Assembly: GCA_964016885.1 (NCBI GenBank) | Contig: OZ024740.1 | Location: forward strand, 136,028,001-136,092,000 | DNA from: Eledone cirrhosa | Taxonomy: Eukaryota | Direction: 5' to 3' | Length of the DNA stretch: 64,000 nucleotides | Part shown: piece by piece, positions 39,039 to 57,485 of the stretch | Position numbering within the stretch: the stretch's first letter is position 1 | Layout: each line of letters starts with the position of its first letter | Position numbers and translations under genes: made by a program | Notes under the pieces: model-generated | Told to the model about the DNA's origin: nothing | The model's input: only the letters and a program-made list of their open reading frames with translations | Databases searched by the model: none

Positions 39039-40309
39039 ATATACACAGGTACTACATTGATAAGAGATATGAATCCTCAGCGTCGGACCTCTTCCTTTAC
39101 ACTATTTCTACGAGTTTTAATAATTTTCAAAATAATCAAGAATTTCGTAGGATCTAGCAATATAACTTTCTAATCATTAAGCTGGTGTTTGAAACATAAC
39201 TTAACAGAGGTTCTTACATAAAATTATAATGGAACGTTTTTAGTTCATTTTGTATCGTAGAACCAAGAGCCGTTTCAGGTGGTTTGGTGTCAAAAGGGAT
39301 AAGTACTATATTTCCTTTTGGATTATTTATGGATGTAGCATGGCTGAATGGTTGAAAATTCGCTTCACAACAATAAAGTTTCGAATCTGGTCCCACTGCG
39401 TGATATTTTACACAAAGGTCATTTGCCATAATTTTGGATCGATCTAAGCCGTCTGAGTGAAATTAGGTTAACGAAAATTGTTTGGAATCCCGTCAAATGG
39501 ACTGCACTTGGAATTCAAAAGGCCAGCCTTGTCACACACTGTGTCACGCTGAATCTCACTGAGAATTGCGTGAAGGGTACGTCTGTCTTTGGGATGCTCA
39601 GCCACTTGCAAGATAATTTCACGAGCAGGTGTTCTACTTATCGAACAATTGGAACTCTCAACATAGAAACCGACGGAGTCCCATTTCATTTGTTATCAAC
39701 ACAGACCCCACCCATATCCACCAATTCTAAATTGCACTTTACTACTCAAAACACAATGTATTACTCATTTATTTAGACATGTGCAAGAGCGAATACATCG
39801 TCAATTGCTTGATATTTCGGTGAACAGGTGTATGTCTCTACATGTGACTATATATTGATCTTGCAATAAAAGGATAGTAGTTTATATCGACCCAGTACTG
39901 GACTAGTAGATATTTTATCTAGATTGATTGACCTATTTCAGAGTTAAATATCTTAACCACAGTTACAGTGTTGAGAACTCTATATGAACTTTGAAAACTG
40001 TTTTTCTCATAATTTGCCCTCTTGTTGTCTTGTATTTTTACCGACTAAATTGGTAAAGACTCCTTTACCATTTTGTTAATATCGGTCATTTGACTGCTGC
40101 TATATTTGCTACGTTGACGTGTTCGGAATAATCGCAGCCCTAGTAAAACCTACAATATAGAATAACACCCTAAATAGAAAGGTGCATTCCAAGTACGATG
40201 AAAAAAAATACTTGGAAAAACTCTAGCACGCCCAAATAACTTCCAGCGAGAGACCCCTACGTGGTCATTTGACCTGCTAGAAGCAACAGCCAAATTTTCT
40301 TCAAATAAG

Positions 40310-40504
40310 CAGACCTGTCAACTCTCCCCGTCGGACAGGGAGATCTCCCACCCACATTGGGGTGGGTGAGAGATGTGTTCTCTTGTGAAAATGGGTATAG
40401 CTTTCATTATGTAAAATCTCCCCATTTTGCCTCATTTCTCCCCGTTTTGGGGCACTTTTTTTCATGGTACACCCCCTTTGGGTTTTTAGAGGTTGGCAAC
40501 TCTG
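40310..40504. mobile_element. MITE copy 3
   Basis: cagacctgtcaac ... gttggcaactctg. Confidence 0.75.
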
Positions 40505-40984
40505 AATAAGGATGGAACGCATTAGATAATACAGTATTGCCTTCCTTAAAAAAGACTTGAACATCTTTAATCATAGGCCTGCTCGATCAGGGCTTGCCTG
40601 GGAGCCAAACGACAGCTTTTCAGTAACAGTGATGAATGAACATTTTTTTTTAATCGTTTTCGCAAGTTTTTTTACCAAGTTGTCTCACGTATTCTCTTTC
40701 TGGGTGACATTAGCATTCAACTCCAACTTCTGACATAAAAATCTTCTAAAATACATTGACATTTACCTGATTGGTGAATTGTGTTCATTTTCATTTAAAT
40801 GTTTCTTTATATTCGTCGTCTGAGAATTAAAAATTTGTTCATCTCATCTCAAGGAGGTAAACGAGTGTGCGTTGAGTAGATGTGTGTTTGTGTGTGTGGT
40901 GTGTGTGTTTGTGTGTGTGTGTGTTATGTCTAATTACTTAATCTCCACCAGAAAGCCTTTTCTTTTCTTCCTCTTATTATTATC

Positions 40985-42110
40985 ACGTTCTGAGTTCAAA
41001 TCCCGCCGAGGTTAGCTTTGCTTTTCATCCTTACGGGGTCAATAAAATAAAGTACCAGTAATGCTCTGTGGTCAATTTAATTAACTTTCCCTTTCCCAAA
41101 AATTGTTGACCTAAATCAGAAACCATTATTAGTGGATTGGCAGTATCGGTAGAGGGTTGGACGCCATGCTTTCCAGCAGAGTGACATCCCTTTATGATCT
41201 GAGTTCAAATCCCGCCGAGGTTAACTTTGCCTTTTACCCTTACGGGGTCGATAAAATAAAGTACCAGTAATGTACTGGGTAATTGCTGGCCTTGTGCCAA
41301 AAGTAGAAACAATTATTATCATTATTGTTAGGGTGGTGTTGAGCGGTGGATTGGCAGTATCAATAGAGTGTCAGATGTTTGTTCTGGCTCTTTGCGTCCT
41401 GATCTCGAATACTTCCAAGGTCCTCTTTGCCTCTCGTCCTTCTTCTGGAATCGATAAAATAACGTACTAGAAACGCGCTGAGGTCAATTTAATCGACTTT
41501 CACCTTCCCTTAAAATTGCTGGCCTTGTGCCAAATGTTGAAAAAATTATGGCGATATGGAAAAAAGGCAACAGTGCCGGGCTAAATACCTTTGGCAGTAT
41601 CGGTAGAGGGTCGGGCGCCATGCTTTGACGCATAGAGTTACGGCCCTTGCCATTCTGAGTTCAAATCCCGTCGAGGTTAACTTTGCCTTTCATCCTTACG
41701 GGGGTCGATAAAATAATGTACCAGTAATGCACTGGGTAATTGCTGGCCTTGTGCCAAAAGTAGAAACAATTATTTAGTTAAGTCCAAATCCCGCCGAGGT
41801 TGACTTTGCCTTTCATCCTTACGGGGTCGATAAAATAAAGCACCAGTAACGTACTGGGTCGATTTAATCGACTTTCCCCTCCTCCCAAATTATTGGTCTT
41901 GTGCCTATACTAGAAATCGTTATTTAATTAAGTCCCCGAGGGGCAGTAAATTGGCAGAATTGTTAGAGCGTCAAACAAAATTCATTGCGTTATTTGTTCC
42001 GACTTTTTACGTTCTGAGTTCAATTCCCGCTAAGATCAACTTTGCCTTTCATCCTTCTGAAGTCGATAAAATAAAATACCAGTCGAAGTATTGGCGGTCG
42101 ATACAGCTTT
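40985..42110 (+). mobile_element. Cluster of at least six same-orientation SINE family A copies
   Basis: Repeated gagttcaaatcccgccgagg-ctttgcctttcatcc-gtcgataaaataaagtacc; tRNA-like A/B boxes; central segment resembles the Meta/MESC-type SINE domain (from memory, not aligned). Confidence 0.85.
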
Positions 42111-42449
42111 TGTCTACTAAATTTGTCTTATAAGAATCTACCAATTCTGCCAATCCACCACCTTTCAATATAATCATGATACCTTTTTCTCGTTAGATAT
42201 ATTTAACATTATTCATTTTAGGTTTATTTTCTCCGTGTGGTTCAGTAGTTTCCCTCGAGATTCACTGTATATAAAGTTATCAAACTCTCAGCTGAAAAGC
42301 TCTGAGTTTTCATACCCATCACTGGGGATACCCCCCCCCCCCCTATCCCACCCCTGTAATCTAAGTTCCTTAATTTCCTTATTTTATTTATGGAACAAGG
42401 ATGCCATAATACTTCCTGTCGTGCTAGACTTTTCTTTCTCTCTAATTTA

Positions 42450-42700
42450 TCAAGATGTTCTCGGTCATCGTACTGCTTATTTTCTTCGTAAACTCGGAAC
42501 GACAGCAGCCTGCCTGGAGAAGGAGCCCGGTGAGGTGGGGAGGATGTTGAAGCGGATGTCGCTGGCCATTCTCTACGCCAATACCTTTGCCATTTTAACC
42601 GTAGGGTGCAGCTGAAACACCGCTCAGACTGGGGTGTAGAATCTGTCGCGCCCTTCTCGTCTCCCTTTCTTTTGTTGCTTAATTCCTTTTTCTTACCCTT
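42450..42700 (+). pseudogene. CRE-clade 3' relic homologous to 4985-5190
   Basis: aaggagcc...gtgaggtgg and gcagc.gaaaca.cgctc...ggtgtaga.tctgtc shared. Confidence 0.65.
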
Positions 42701-44414
42701 TTTCTACATTTATCAAAATATCTCTAGCTTCTAAACGTTTAAACACTTTATTAATTAATAGATGAATTATTTAATTAATTAATTAGCTCGGATTAATTAA
42801 TAAGAAAGGATTGTTCAAATTTGTATATATTATGTCAAAATTTTGACGCATACAATGAAAAATAAAGAAGCGTCAGAATAGGTATTTTATTCTAAAACGT
42901 CACTGTTCAGTGCATTTCTAAGGAACTGATTAATAGGCAGTACCTTTTACTTGCTGTAAATTTTAAGGGGACATTAATCGATATTTCGTTGAAGCAAGGA
43001 AATAATAGCGGGGAAGAGAGGCTAACCAATTTATTTGTGTTCAATGTCGGTTTCAGAAAATTTATTATAGGAATTTTTTACTGTTTGATGTAACGAACCA
43101 TTAGCTTCACAAATTAAAGTTCTCCCGAAGGTGTTTTTTCTCTATAGAAATAAGGCGACGTTCTTTTTCAAACGTTCTTTTTTGTCTGAAAAATATTGCT
43201 ATTATGAATTTTACTCTTTTTAATAAAATATCTTTTTTAGATTTAATCATTACCAAGGACAATTGGAAATCGTCTGTTGATTTTAATGTAACAGTTCGTA
43301 TCAATAAAATAATTGTCCAATCAATAAAGTTTGAAGACAGCATCAAAATAAAATATTTGCTTAATACTATCAATATTGTTGAAAGCTGTGAGGGGAGGGG
43401 TTGTTGGTGGAGGAGGAGGTGTTTAACTCAAGGTCAGCCCTCAGTGAACAGACACACCATCAAAGGTGTTCCATCTGTGATTATTCCATAATTATTTTTT
43501 AGACATATATCCCTCCTTTTTACAACAACGAGGTGTGATTTGTGGAAGATTCGACAGCTATTTATATCAGGTCGAGCAGCGACTACATATAGGTTATATT
43601 TTTGGGAGCGGCGTGATCCTTTTTTTGGCTGGATATCATGTTCTCACGCTGGGATTTGAATCCGTGTCGCCAGGCTGAAAGCCAGGAATTCTAATTGCAA
43701 TATCATTTCTTATTACTCCAGACTGCATTAAGAGAATGTTAAATCAAAGCTAGTAATCTGCAAATGACAGTCGTAAATATAATATGGGAGGGCCACAACA
43801 AATGTCACTGCCACATTGTAATTTTAAATAAAGAACAAATGTAGGCAAATATCAAAACATCACAGAATCAATAGAAAGTCTATTTCATCGAGCGAAATAA
43901 GTGTTTACTTCATGAATTCTTGGGTGTGAAATTGGTGGATACACAAATAGAATGGCAGCCTCTTTATTCGACATACATTACAGCACGTATACAAGCACAT
44001 TCAAAAACAACTATATCGTTGTATATGTGTGTTTATGTATATATATATATAACGAGAGGGGGGGGGGGGGGAGAAAGAGAAAGAGAGATGAGTATGTGAG
44101 TGTATGAATATACGTATGTATATATGTATATATATATGAACACATATGTATGTATATATACATATATATATGTATATATATGTGTGTGTGTGTGTGTGTA
44201 TACATACATACATACATACATAGAAAGAGGGGGGAATTAAGACAGATAGACAGATAGACAGCGAGACACATACAGCGAGAGCTTCTGCTGCCACTATTAA
44301 TCTCATTCTGATGGTACCGAATAGATAGATTAGAAGTAGTGAATAAAAGCTTAATAAATTAATTCAAATTTCACCGTTGTCTACGTACGTTCTTAGAACA
44401 GAATTGATCATTAG

Positions 44415-44810
44415 GATAATAATGTTCTACTTTTGGCTCAAGGCCAGCAATTACCCCAGTGTATTATTGGTGCTTTATTTTATCGACCCCGTAAGGATGA
44501 AAGGCAAAGTTAACCTCGGCGATATTTAACCCAGAACGCAAAGGGCCATAACTCTATGCTGCAAAGCATGGTGTCTGACGCTCTACCAATACTGCCAATC
44601 CACCGCCATTGATCATTAAGATAATTGTTTCTACTTTAGGCACAAGGCCAGCAATTACCCAGTGCATTACTGGTACTTTATTTTATCGACCCCGTAAGGA
44701 TGAAAGGCAAAGTCAACCTCGGCGGGATTTGAACTCAGATCGTAAAGGGACGTAACTATGCTGGAAAGCATGGCGTCCGACCCTCTACCGATACTGCCAA
44801 TCCACCGCCC
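44415..44810 (-). mobile_element. Two tandem full-length SINE family A copies
   Basis: attgatcatta.gataat / attaagataat duplications at the junctions. Confidence 0.9.
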
Positions 44811-45189
44811 ATTAAGATAATGATTATTTCTCGTAACTAGGGATGTCACCATAATTGATTAATTTATCTCGGTTTAACAGACTATTCCATTTGGATTTCA
44901 TATAGAGCAGTTCCTGGTTATTTTCGCTTCATCCTTCATTTAACTTATGACACTCGCTGTATGTTCACAAAAATTTAATATATAGACGTAAGAATGGTTG
45001 TATGGTTACGGAGTTCGCTTCACAACCACGTGATTCCGAGTTTACTATAGCTTTGGGTTGAACAATGACCCTTTTGAGTGAAATTTAGTAGACGGAAACT
45101 GTGTAGAAGCCCGTCGTATATGTATATATGTATACGTGTGTGTGTGTGTGTGTGTGTGTGTAGAAGCCCATCGTACACATATCTCTATT

Positions 45190-46173
45190 TCTCTCTATAT
45201 AAAATTATTTGTCTCTCTCTCTCTCTCTCTCTCTCTGTTCCTATGCATTCTCAAATGACTAGACCAAATCAAATCAAATTTTACAAAGTAATAGTATTAG
45301 ACCCAAGGAGTGTTAACATGTAATTTTTATTTTCATTTGGATTAAAAAAATATAATATATTATCTAAAATAACATTTCAATAGTGAACTATAGTAAATCA
45401 CCAGCACCACGAGTAACATTTTGTATATGAGTGTGTATTTGTCTGTGAGTGTGTTTGCATACGTAAGATGCATACACATTATCTTCACACACAGACAATT
45501 AAACACACACATACAGATACATATGTGATGACAGACAGGTGTGCGTGAATGTATGTCTGTGTGTGTCTGTCTTAGTATATGTATGTGAATGTATGTGAGA
45601 GTGTGTGCGAGTGTATGTGTATGTGAGTGTGTGTGTGTAAGTGTATGTGAGAGTTTATGTGTGTGTGAGTGTATGTGTGAGTGTATGTATGTAAGTGTAT
45701 GTGTGATAATTTTTATTTAGATTTGCATTAAAACAAAAGAAAACAACGCACCTTTGTCACATTTTGTATATGAATATGTATGTCTCTGTGAGTGTGTGTG
45801 TGCGCCTTCATTAGGTATATGATTAAATACACACACACATCTACACATATGTAGCAACTGGTGAAAAGCTATGTGTGTGTCTGCGTGAATGCATGAATGT
45901 CTGTGTGTCTGTTTTAGTATATGTATGTGAGAGCATATGTGTGTGAGTGTATAGCAATAATTTACTCATTTGGACACCAACAAAAAATTTCACAATGAAT
46001 ATTGTTTACCCTAAGGTGCTTCATGATTGACAGATTTTCATTTCTAAATTCTATTATCATTACAATTTTGATATTGTTTTAATAAAATAATCATGAGAAA
46101 AAAAACATGTTTATTGTTTACTAATCTGAATAAGTACAGCAGTAACCCGGGCAACGCCGGATAATTCAGTTAG
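45190..46173 (+). mobile_element. Probable non-autonomous Helitron with GT-rich microsatellites
   Basis: 3' cccgggcaacgccgg...TTAG|T resembling the 12.9-kb end; internal duplication acattttgtatatga at ~45416 and ~45759; 5' end uncertain. Confidence 0.45.
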
Positions 46174-46185
46174 TAATATATATAT

Positions 46186-47295
<1,110 letters not shown>

Positions 47296-47455
47296 GGAGT
47301 TACCAGTTTAGACTAGTAAGACCATATACAACTAAGTACTCAACACTTGGGAAAGTAGAGTGTATATATAGTGAAAAGTTAGTACCAGACGGCTGAGCTC
47401 GCGCCGTTTTCCCAAATGGTACTAACTTTTCACTATACATACATACATACATACA

Positions 47456-47543
<88 letters not shown>

Positions 47544-47593
47544 GAATTAGCCGTCGAAACGGCTTGAGCTCAGCCGTCGGGGTCCTATTCGTT

Positions 47594-52003
<4,410 letters not shown>

Positions 52004-52012
52004 GTATATATA

Positions 52013-52817
52013 CGAGGTGTGTCAGAAAAGTTCCAGGACTGATGTCACAAAAGATTTATTTCAAACCCAAACTTCACACTAAGAGTTTTCTCCTTCAAAG
52101 TAATCCCCCTGGAGTATGTAACTGTAATCTTAGCTCTCTGCAGCGATCAAACTTTTTTCTTCATAATTTTATATACATGTCCTCTGTTTCAGGTCGTCAA
52201 GCAATGAACACAGAGCAACGAACAAACTTGAAGTTTCTGGTACGGTTGGGGAAAACTCCGTCAGAAGCACTGGGATTGCTGCAGCAAGTGTATGGAGATG
52301 AGATGATGTCACGCTCACGTGTTTTTGAGTGGTGCAAGATGACCCCAGGAGCGGCAGGCCCTCAACAACCAGGACCGAGGTCAACTTTGAGCGCGTCAGG
52401 CAGATGGTATGTAGCGATCGTCGGCTGACTGCTCGACTGATGGCAAATGAGCTGGGTGCCAAAACTGCTGAACGATGACCAGAATGGTCGACGCATGCAA
52501 GTGTGCCAGGACATCCTCGAGCGTCTTGAAACCGAACCAGACTTGCTAGGGACAGTCATCGCCGGTGATGAGTCATGGATCTTCGAGTACGACCCGGAGG
52601 GGTCCCGCTTTGAAGACGTGGACGGCATCAAAAAGGCCGTGACGACGGAACTGCAGAGGATCCCGGAGGAATCCTTCCAGGAGTGCATGCAAGTGTGGCA
52701 GAAAAGTGCATTAGACTCCAGGGGGATTACTTTGAAGGAGAAAACTCTTAGTGTGAAGTTTGGGTTTGAAATAAATCTTTTGTGACATCAGTCCTGGAAC
52801 TTTTCTGACACACCTCG
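52013..52817 (+). mobile_element. Internally deleted mariner with ~100-bp TIRs and TA TSD
   Basis: cgaggtgtgtcagaaaagttccaggactg...; EQRTNLKFLVRLGKT, WVPKLL, IAGDESWIFEYDPE, GDYFEG. Confidence 0.92.
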
Positions 52818-52863
52818 TATATATATGTATGTATGTATGTATATATATATATATATATATATT

Positions 52864-53673
52864 TATTAAAATAACAGATTAAAGTTTAAGCAAAGAATCG
52901 CTGCTTTCACCCTTAACGGGATCTTCTGAAACTAACAAAGTCAATCTGTAAACGCAGAACTGGATATTTCAAAAAACGTTGCAACCGGAGGAAGACAGGA
53001 AGACGATACTTTGGTTCGTGGTAACGTTCGCTGGCAATGCGTATGCTTGTGTATGTACGTATCTGTTTGCGTGTATGTATTTATTTGTTTCTATTACTTC
53101 TGTATTGTATTTATTTACTTTGTTCTTAACTCTGTAGCGGAGATTCATTAGGTCTCCTAGTTAGAATTTTAGTCTACGACTTCTGCTATACCATTTACGT
53201 GGTTTTGTCTTTGCATGCTATTGTTCTCCACGCTCCACATATGACTTATTATCTTCGTTTTTTCGTTCATTGCCAGAGAACGTCTCTATGCACCACCTAA
53301 GAGAACATTAGTCTACGATCTCTTTTATACCATAAACGTGGTTCTGTCTTTGCGCGTAATTGTTTTCACCGCTCCTATTAATGACGTATTATTCGTTTTT
53401 TCCCGTTCTTTGCCAGCGAACGTTACCACGAACCAAAGTATCGTCTTCCTGTCTTCCTCCGGTTGCAACGTTTTTTGAAATATCCAGTTCTGCGTTTACA
53501 GATTGACTTTGTTAGTTTCAGAAGATCCCGTTAAGGGTGAAAGCAGCGATTCTTTGCTTAAACTTTAATCTGTTATTTTAATAAATATTTGCTCTACGGT
53601 TCTTATATATTTGATATATATTTTCCTTATCGAGCCCTCTTTGGATTTTAGTCTTCAATTTTATTATTATTAC
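52864..53673 (+). mobile_element. CAGAAGA-hammerhead element with inverted arm (52864-53037)
   Basis: HHR-like motifs 52883-52933 (-) and 53514-53564 (+); 53039-53673 near-identical to 29627-30263. Confidence 0.85.
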
Positions 53674-53697
53674 TATATATATATATATATATATATA

Positions 53698-54648
53698 TTT
53701 CGTTTCTGAATTTGTTTAGCAAGATTCTTTATCTGAAATCGTGTGTTGAAACCGATATTGTTATACTTTGGGAGGGTCATGTTGCCAATAAGAAACACAC
53801 GCACCAGTTGCTTTCACTTCAATTTATTATATATTTATAAATTTATAAATTTACAAATCTACAAACTTATAAATTTCTGGTTGGTTGGTTGGTTGGTTCC
53901 ACAACCAGATAGTTGTTTATATATAGTCATAGTCCTTTCGTCACACACTCTGTGACCTCTTCAGTGACTGGGGATTCCTGTCTTTGTTTCTGTGCCTTTC
54001 CTTTCTTCTATTAGAAATAAAAATAGAATCCACACACAGAAAAGATGCAATGTTTAGGCAAATTACAGAGGCAGTAAGCATAAAAGAATTACAACCAAAA
54101 TTAAATAGAAAATATGAGTGGAACATCACAACTTACAATTAAGGACAAAATGAAAACACACACAGGACAAAATGAAAACACACACACACACATAGAACAA
54201 ACAACTTACAATTAAGGACAAAATGAAAACACACACAGGACAAAATGAAAACACACACACACATAGAACAAACAACCAACCAACAATAAATAAATAAATA
54301 AATAAACAAATAGATAAATGAACACAAACACACACAGACACCCGGATGTGGCGCATGCGCAAACTGAGCACACAACACACACACAGAAACAAAATGGCGT
54401 AGGATAGAAGAAAGGAAAGGCACAGAAACAAAGAAAGGAATCCCCAGTCACTGAAGAGGTCACAGAGTGTGTGACGAAAGGACTATGACTATATATAAAC
54501 AACTATCTGGTTGTGGAACCAACCAACCAACCAGAAATTTATAAGTTTGTAGATTTGTAAATTTATAAATTTATAAATATATAATAAATTGAAGTGAAAG
54601 CAACTGGTGCGTGTGTTTCTTATTGGCAACATGACCCTCCCAAAGTAT

Positions 54649-54655
<7 letters not shown>
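53698..54655. mobile_element. Fold-back 3' fragment of a PLE sister to family 2, hammerheads 53925-53969 (-) and 54446-54490 (+)
   Basis: 54011-54142 plus encodes LEIKIESTHRKDAMFRQITEAVSIKELQPKLNRKYEWN (GIY-YIG end); agtca-CTGAAGA-g gtcaca gagtg tgtgac-GAAA-ggac-TA-tgact; 73-bp tandem duplication 54128-54271. Confidence 0.85.
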
Positions 54656-54728
<73 letters not shown>

Positions 54729-54733
<5 letters not shown>

Positions 54734-55160
54734 TAAAAGGAATTCCAACTTTGTCTGATTTACTCGTTTTATTTAGAATCCTTTAACATTTTTAATGGTA
54801 TTAGAATGAAATAGTATGGTAGAATATTAAATGTTAAGTGTTAATTGAATAAGTACTTTCATGCTTTCGCAATCTTCAGGTTCATAATGTGTGGTGACAG
54901 TCAAGTTTGCAATTTTCACAGTTGAAAATTGCAAACTTGACTGTCACCACACATTATGAACCTGAAGATTGCGAAAGAATGAAAGTACTTGTTCAATTAA
55001 CACTTAACATTTAATATTCTACCATACTATTTCATTCTAATACCATTATAAATGTTAAAGGATTGGAAATAAAACGAGTAAATCAGACAAAGTTGGAATT
55101 CCTTTTATTAATATAATCTTCTATACACAATCATACACACCCGTGTATATTTATCTATCT
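54729..55160. mobile_element. ~190-bp-arm palindrome with hammerheads 54846-54884 (-) and 54957-54995 (+), plus tail
   Basis: 4-nt spacer at 54919-54922; tgaac-CTGAAGA-ttgc gaaa g(c/a)at-GAAA-gtac-TT-gttca. Confidence 0.88.
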
Positions 55161-55204
55161 ATATATATATATAGTTATGTAATAAACAACATAAGGCAAT
55201 TATT

Positions 55205-55261
55205 TCATTTACCAGTGGTTTCTTGAAAGCAAACAAATTTTGCTTTCAATCATCAGAATGA
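55205..55261 (-). ncRNA. Type I hammerhead, same family as 11870-11931
   Basis: tcatt-CTGATGA-ttgaaagcaaa atttg tttgctttcaa-GAAA-ccactgg-TA-aatga. Confidence 0.85.
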
Positions 55262-55356
55262 TAAAATCCTGGTGTATTTATTGACATTGAATTTTAAAAA
55301 CAAAAATATAATCTATATGAAAGTGAGGGTGGAAAAGTAAGAAGGAAAGGAAAAAT

Positions 55357-55423
<67 letters not shown>

Positions 55424-55771
55424 TACATACACACACATATATACATACACATATATATACACATACATATATACACACAATCATACATATATACACACGT
55501 ACATACACACACATACATACACACATCTATGCACGCATACATACGCATGCACAAATATAGATATATGTACGCACACACACAAAAATAGTTATAAGAAAAA
55601 ATATAATAATAATAAAAATACCGTCACATAAAAATTAAAAATAAATGTAAGAATTATTATAAAGTTGACAGCGATACAGGCAACAAATAAATGTACAAAC
55701 ACACGTGGTAAGCAATACACACAATTGCACATACATACATAAAAATAAATACATACACACACACATACAAC

Positions 55772-55807
<36 letters not shown>

Positions 55808-55809
55808 CA

Positions 55810-56632
55810 TTGAAAAAGTGAAGAATAACATGGCCAACAGTACAAAAAAGGGTTTTATTTACAGTCTGACAATTAATTATATAATTTATTAAAATAACCA
55901 ATACACACATAAATATATTTAAAATGTTCATGTTTATACCTTCGGATCTATATTTTAACCACCAACACAACAACTACTCTCAATAATCTTACTATGTTTA
56001 CTTTTTTTCGCACATATAAACATTTTTTATTTATTTATTTTCATATTTTGTATTGTTTTGTATCATCCTCGATGTAACTTGTTTATTAGCACTTATTTAT
56101 TAGCACTTATTTATTAGCATTTATTCATTTGTTGTTGATATCATTATTTTCCCTTTATTTTTATTTTTATTTACCTTTATTTCTTCTTTATCCTTTTCTC
56201 TCCTCTTTCTATCCTCTTTTCTCTCTGTCTTTTTTACTTTTTTCTTTCTTTCTTCTCTCTATCTCTCTTTCTTTTTTTCTCTTTCTATCTTTATTATTAA
56301 TATTATTAATGATACTGCAATTTGAATTCTGAACATATAACAGTTATCTCCGATGATCTGGTTAAGCTAACAACGTATTTAAAATTGAGTGGCACTGCTT
56401 CAAGTGTTCAGCAATTTTTAGACAACTTAATCAGTGAAACAATTGTCAGACTGTAAATAAAACCCTTTTTTGTACTGTTGACCATGTTATTCTTCACTTT
56501 TTCAATATTATTACTCCAAGATAAACTTACATAGGAATACAAGTGAAATCATAAACTCGCCACCTACGTAAACCCCTTGTTGAGTCAAACAACGCCGTAC
56601 GCTAAAACTATCCATAATACGAAGTATTCACA
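55810..56632 (+). mobile_element. Fold-back PLE-like 3' unit with CCGAUGA hammerhead (56341-56453)
   Basis: 55810-55875 inverted at 56441-56505; cagttatct-CCGATGA-tctggttaag...cttaatcagt-GAAA-caattg-TC-agactg. Confidence 0.75.
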
Positions 56633-56673
56633 ACCTCTAACTGGATTACCTATAACGATATTTTGTTATCCCT

Positions 56674-56738
<65 letters not shown>

Positions 56739-57124
56739 GTGTTTGCGTGTTTATGTTTACTGATTGTTTATGTCCTGTAACTAACGGTTTAACAAACAGA
56801 AACCGATAAAATAAGCATCAGACATGAAAAGACTGTGGTCGGTATAATCGACTATGCCCCTTGGATGCGGTGCCCCAGTATCTCTAGAGTTGTCATCGTA
56901 ATGCCAAGAGAAGTTGCCCCCTCCACTTCATCTCCTGCATAGTATTTCTAATTAATTTTAGTTAAATAAAATTTCAGGGTTAACTCCCCTGCGTTCTTTA
57001 GCCAGATTTTATCGATTCTTACTCTTTCCTGTGGATGTCACTTCAGTTGATTAAAATCCCTTGACTAACTACATTGATTATGTCAGCACAGACTCAACTG
57101 TAAAAATGTTGCTTATATATACAT

Positions 57125-57485
57125 AGGCACAGGCGCGCCTGTGTCTTTAAGGCATTGGCTTCGTAATCACGTGGTTTTGGGTTCCGTCCTGCTGCGCAGC
57201 TCCTTAGGCAAGTGTCTTCTACCATAGCTTCGAGCTGATCAATGCCTTGTGAGTGAAATCTGGTTGACTGAAACTGCAGAAACTCATCATATATATATAT
57301 ATATATATATGTTTGTGTGTGTGTTTATGTTTATGTGTAAGCCTACGGCTGTATTTATATCACGTAACTTAGTAGTTTAACAAAGAGATAACGATAAAAT
57401 AAGTACTGCGGTCGATAGAACCAACTAAATCAAGAGCCGTGGTCCCAGCATGGCTGCAGTCTAATGGCTGAAACCATTAAAAGAA
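57125..57485 (+). mobile_element. SINE family B
   Basis: cacgtggttttgggttccgtcc...ccttaggcaagtgtcttctac...gtcccagcatggctgcagt. Confidence 0.65.

Noticed and set aside
40985-42110. Repeated conserved blocks with variable spacers (CRISPR-like), and tRNA-like boxes
   Set aside because: Irregular spacing, eukaryotic context, no cas genes; these are SINE copies with tRNA-derived heads and no complete cloverleaf
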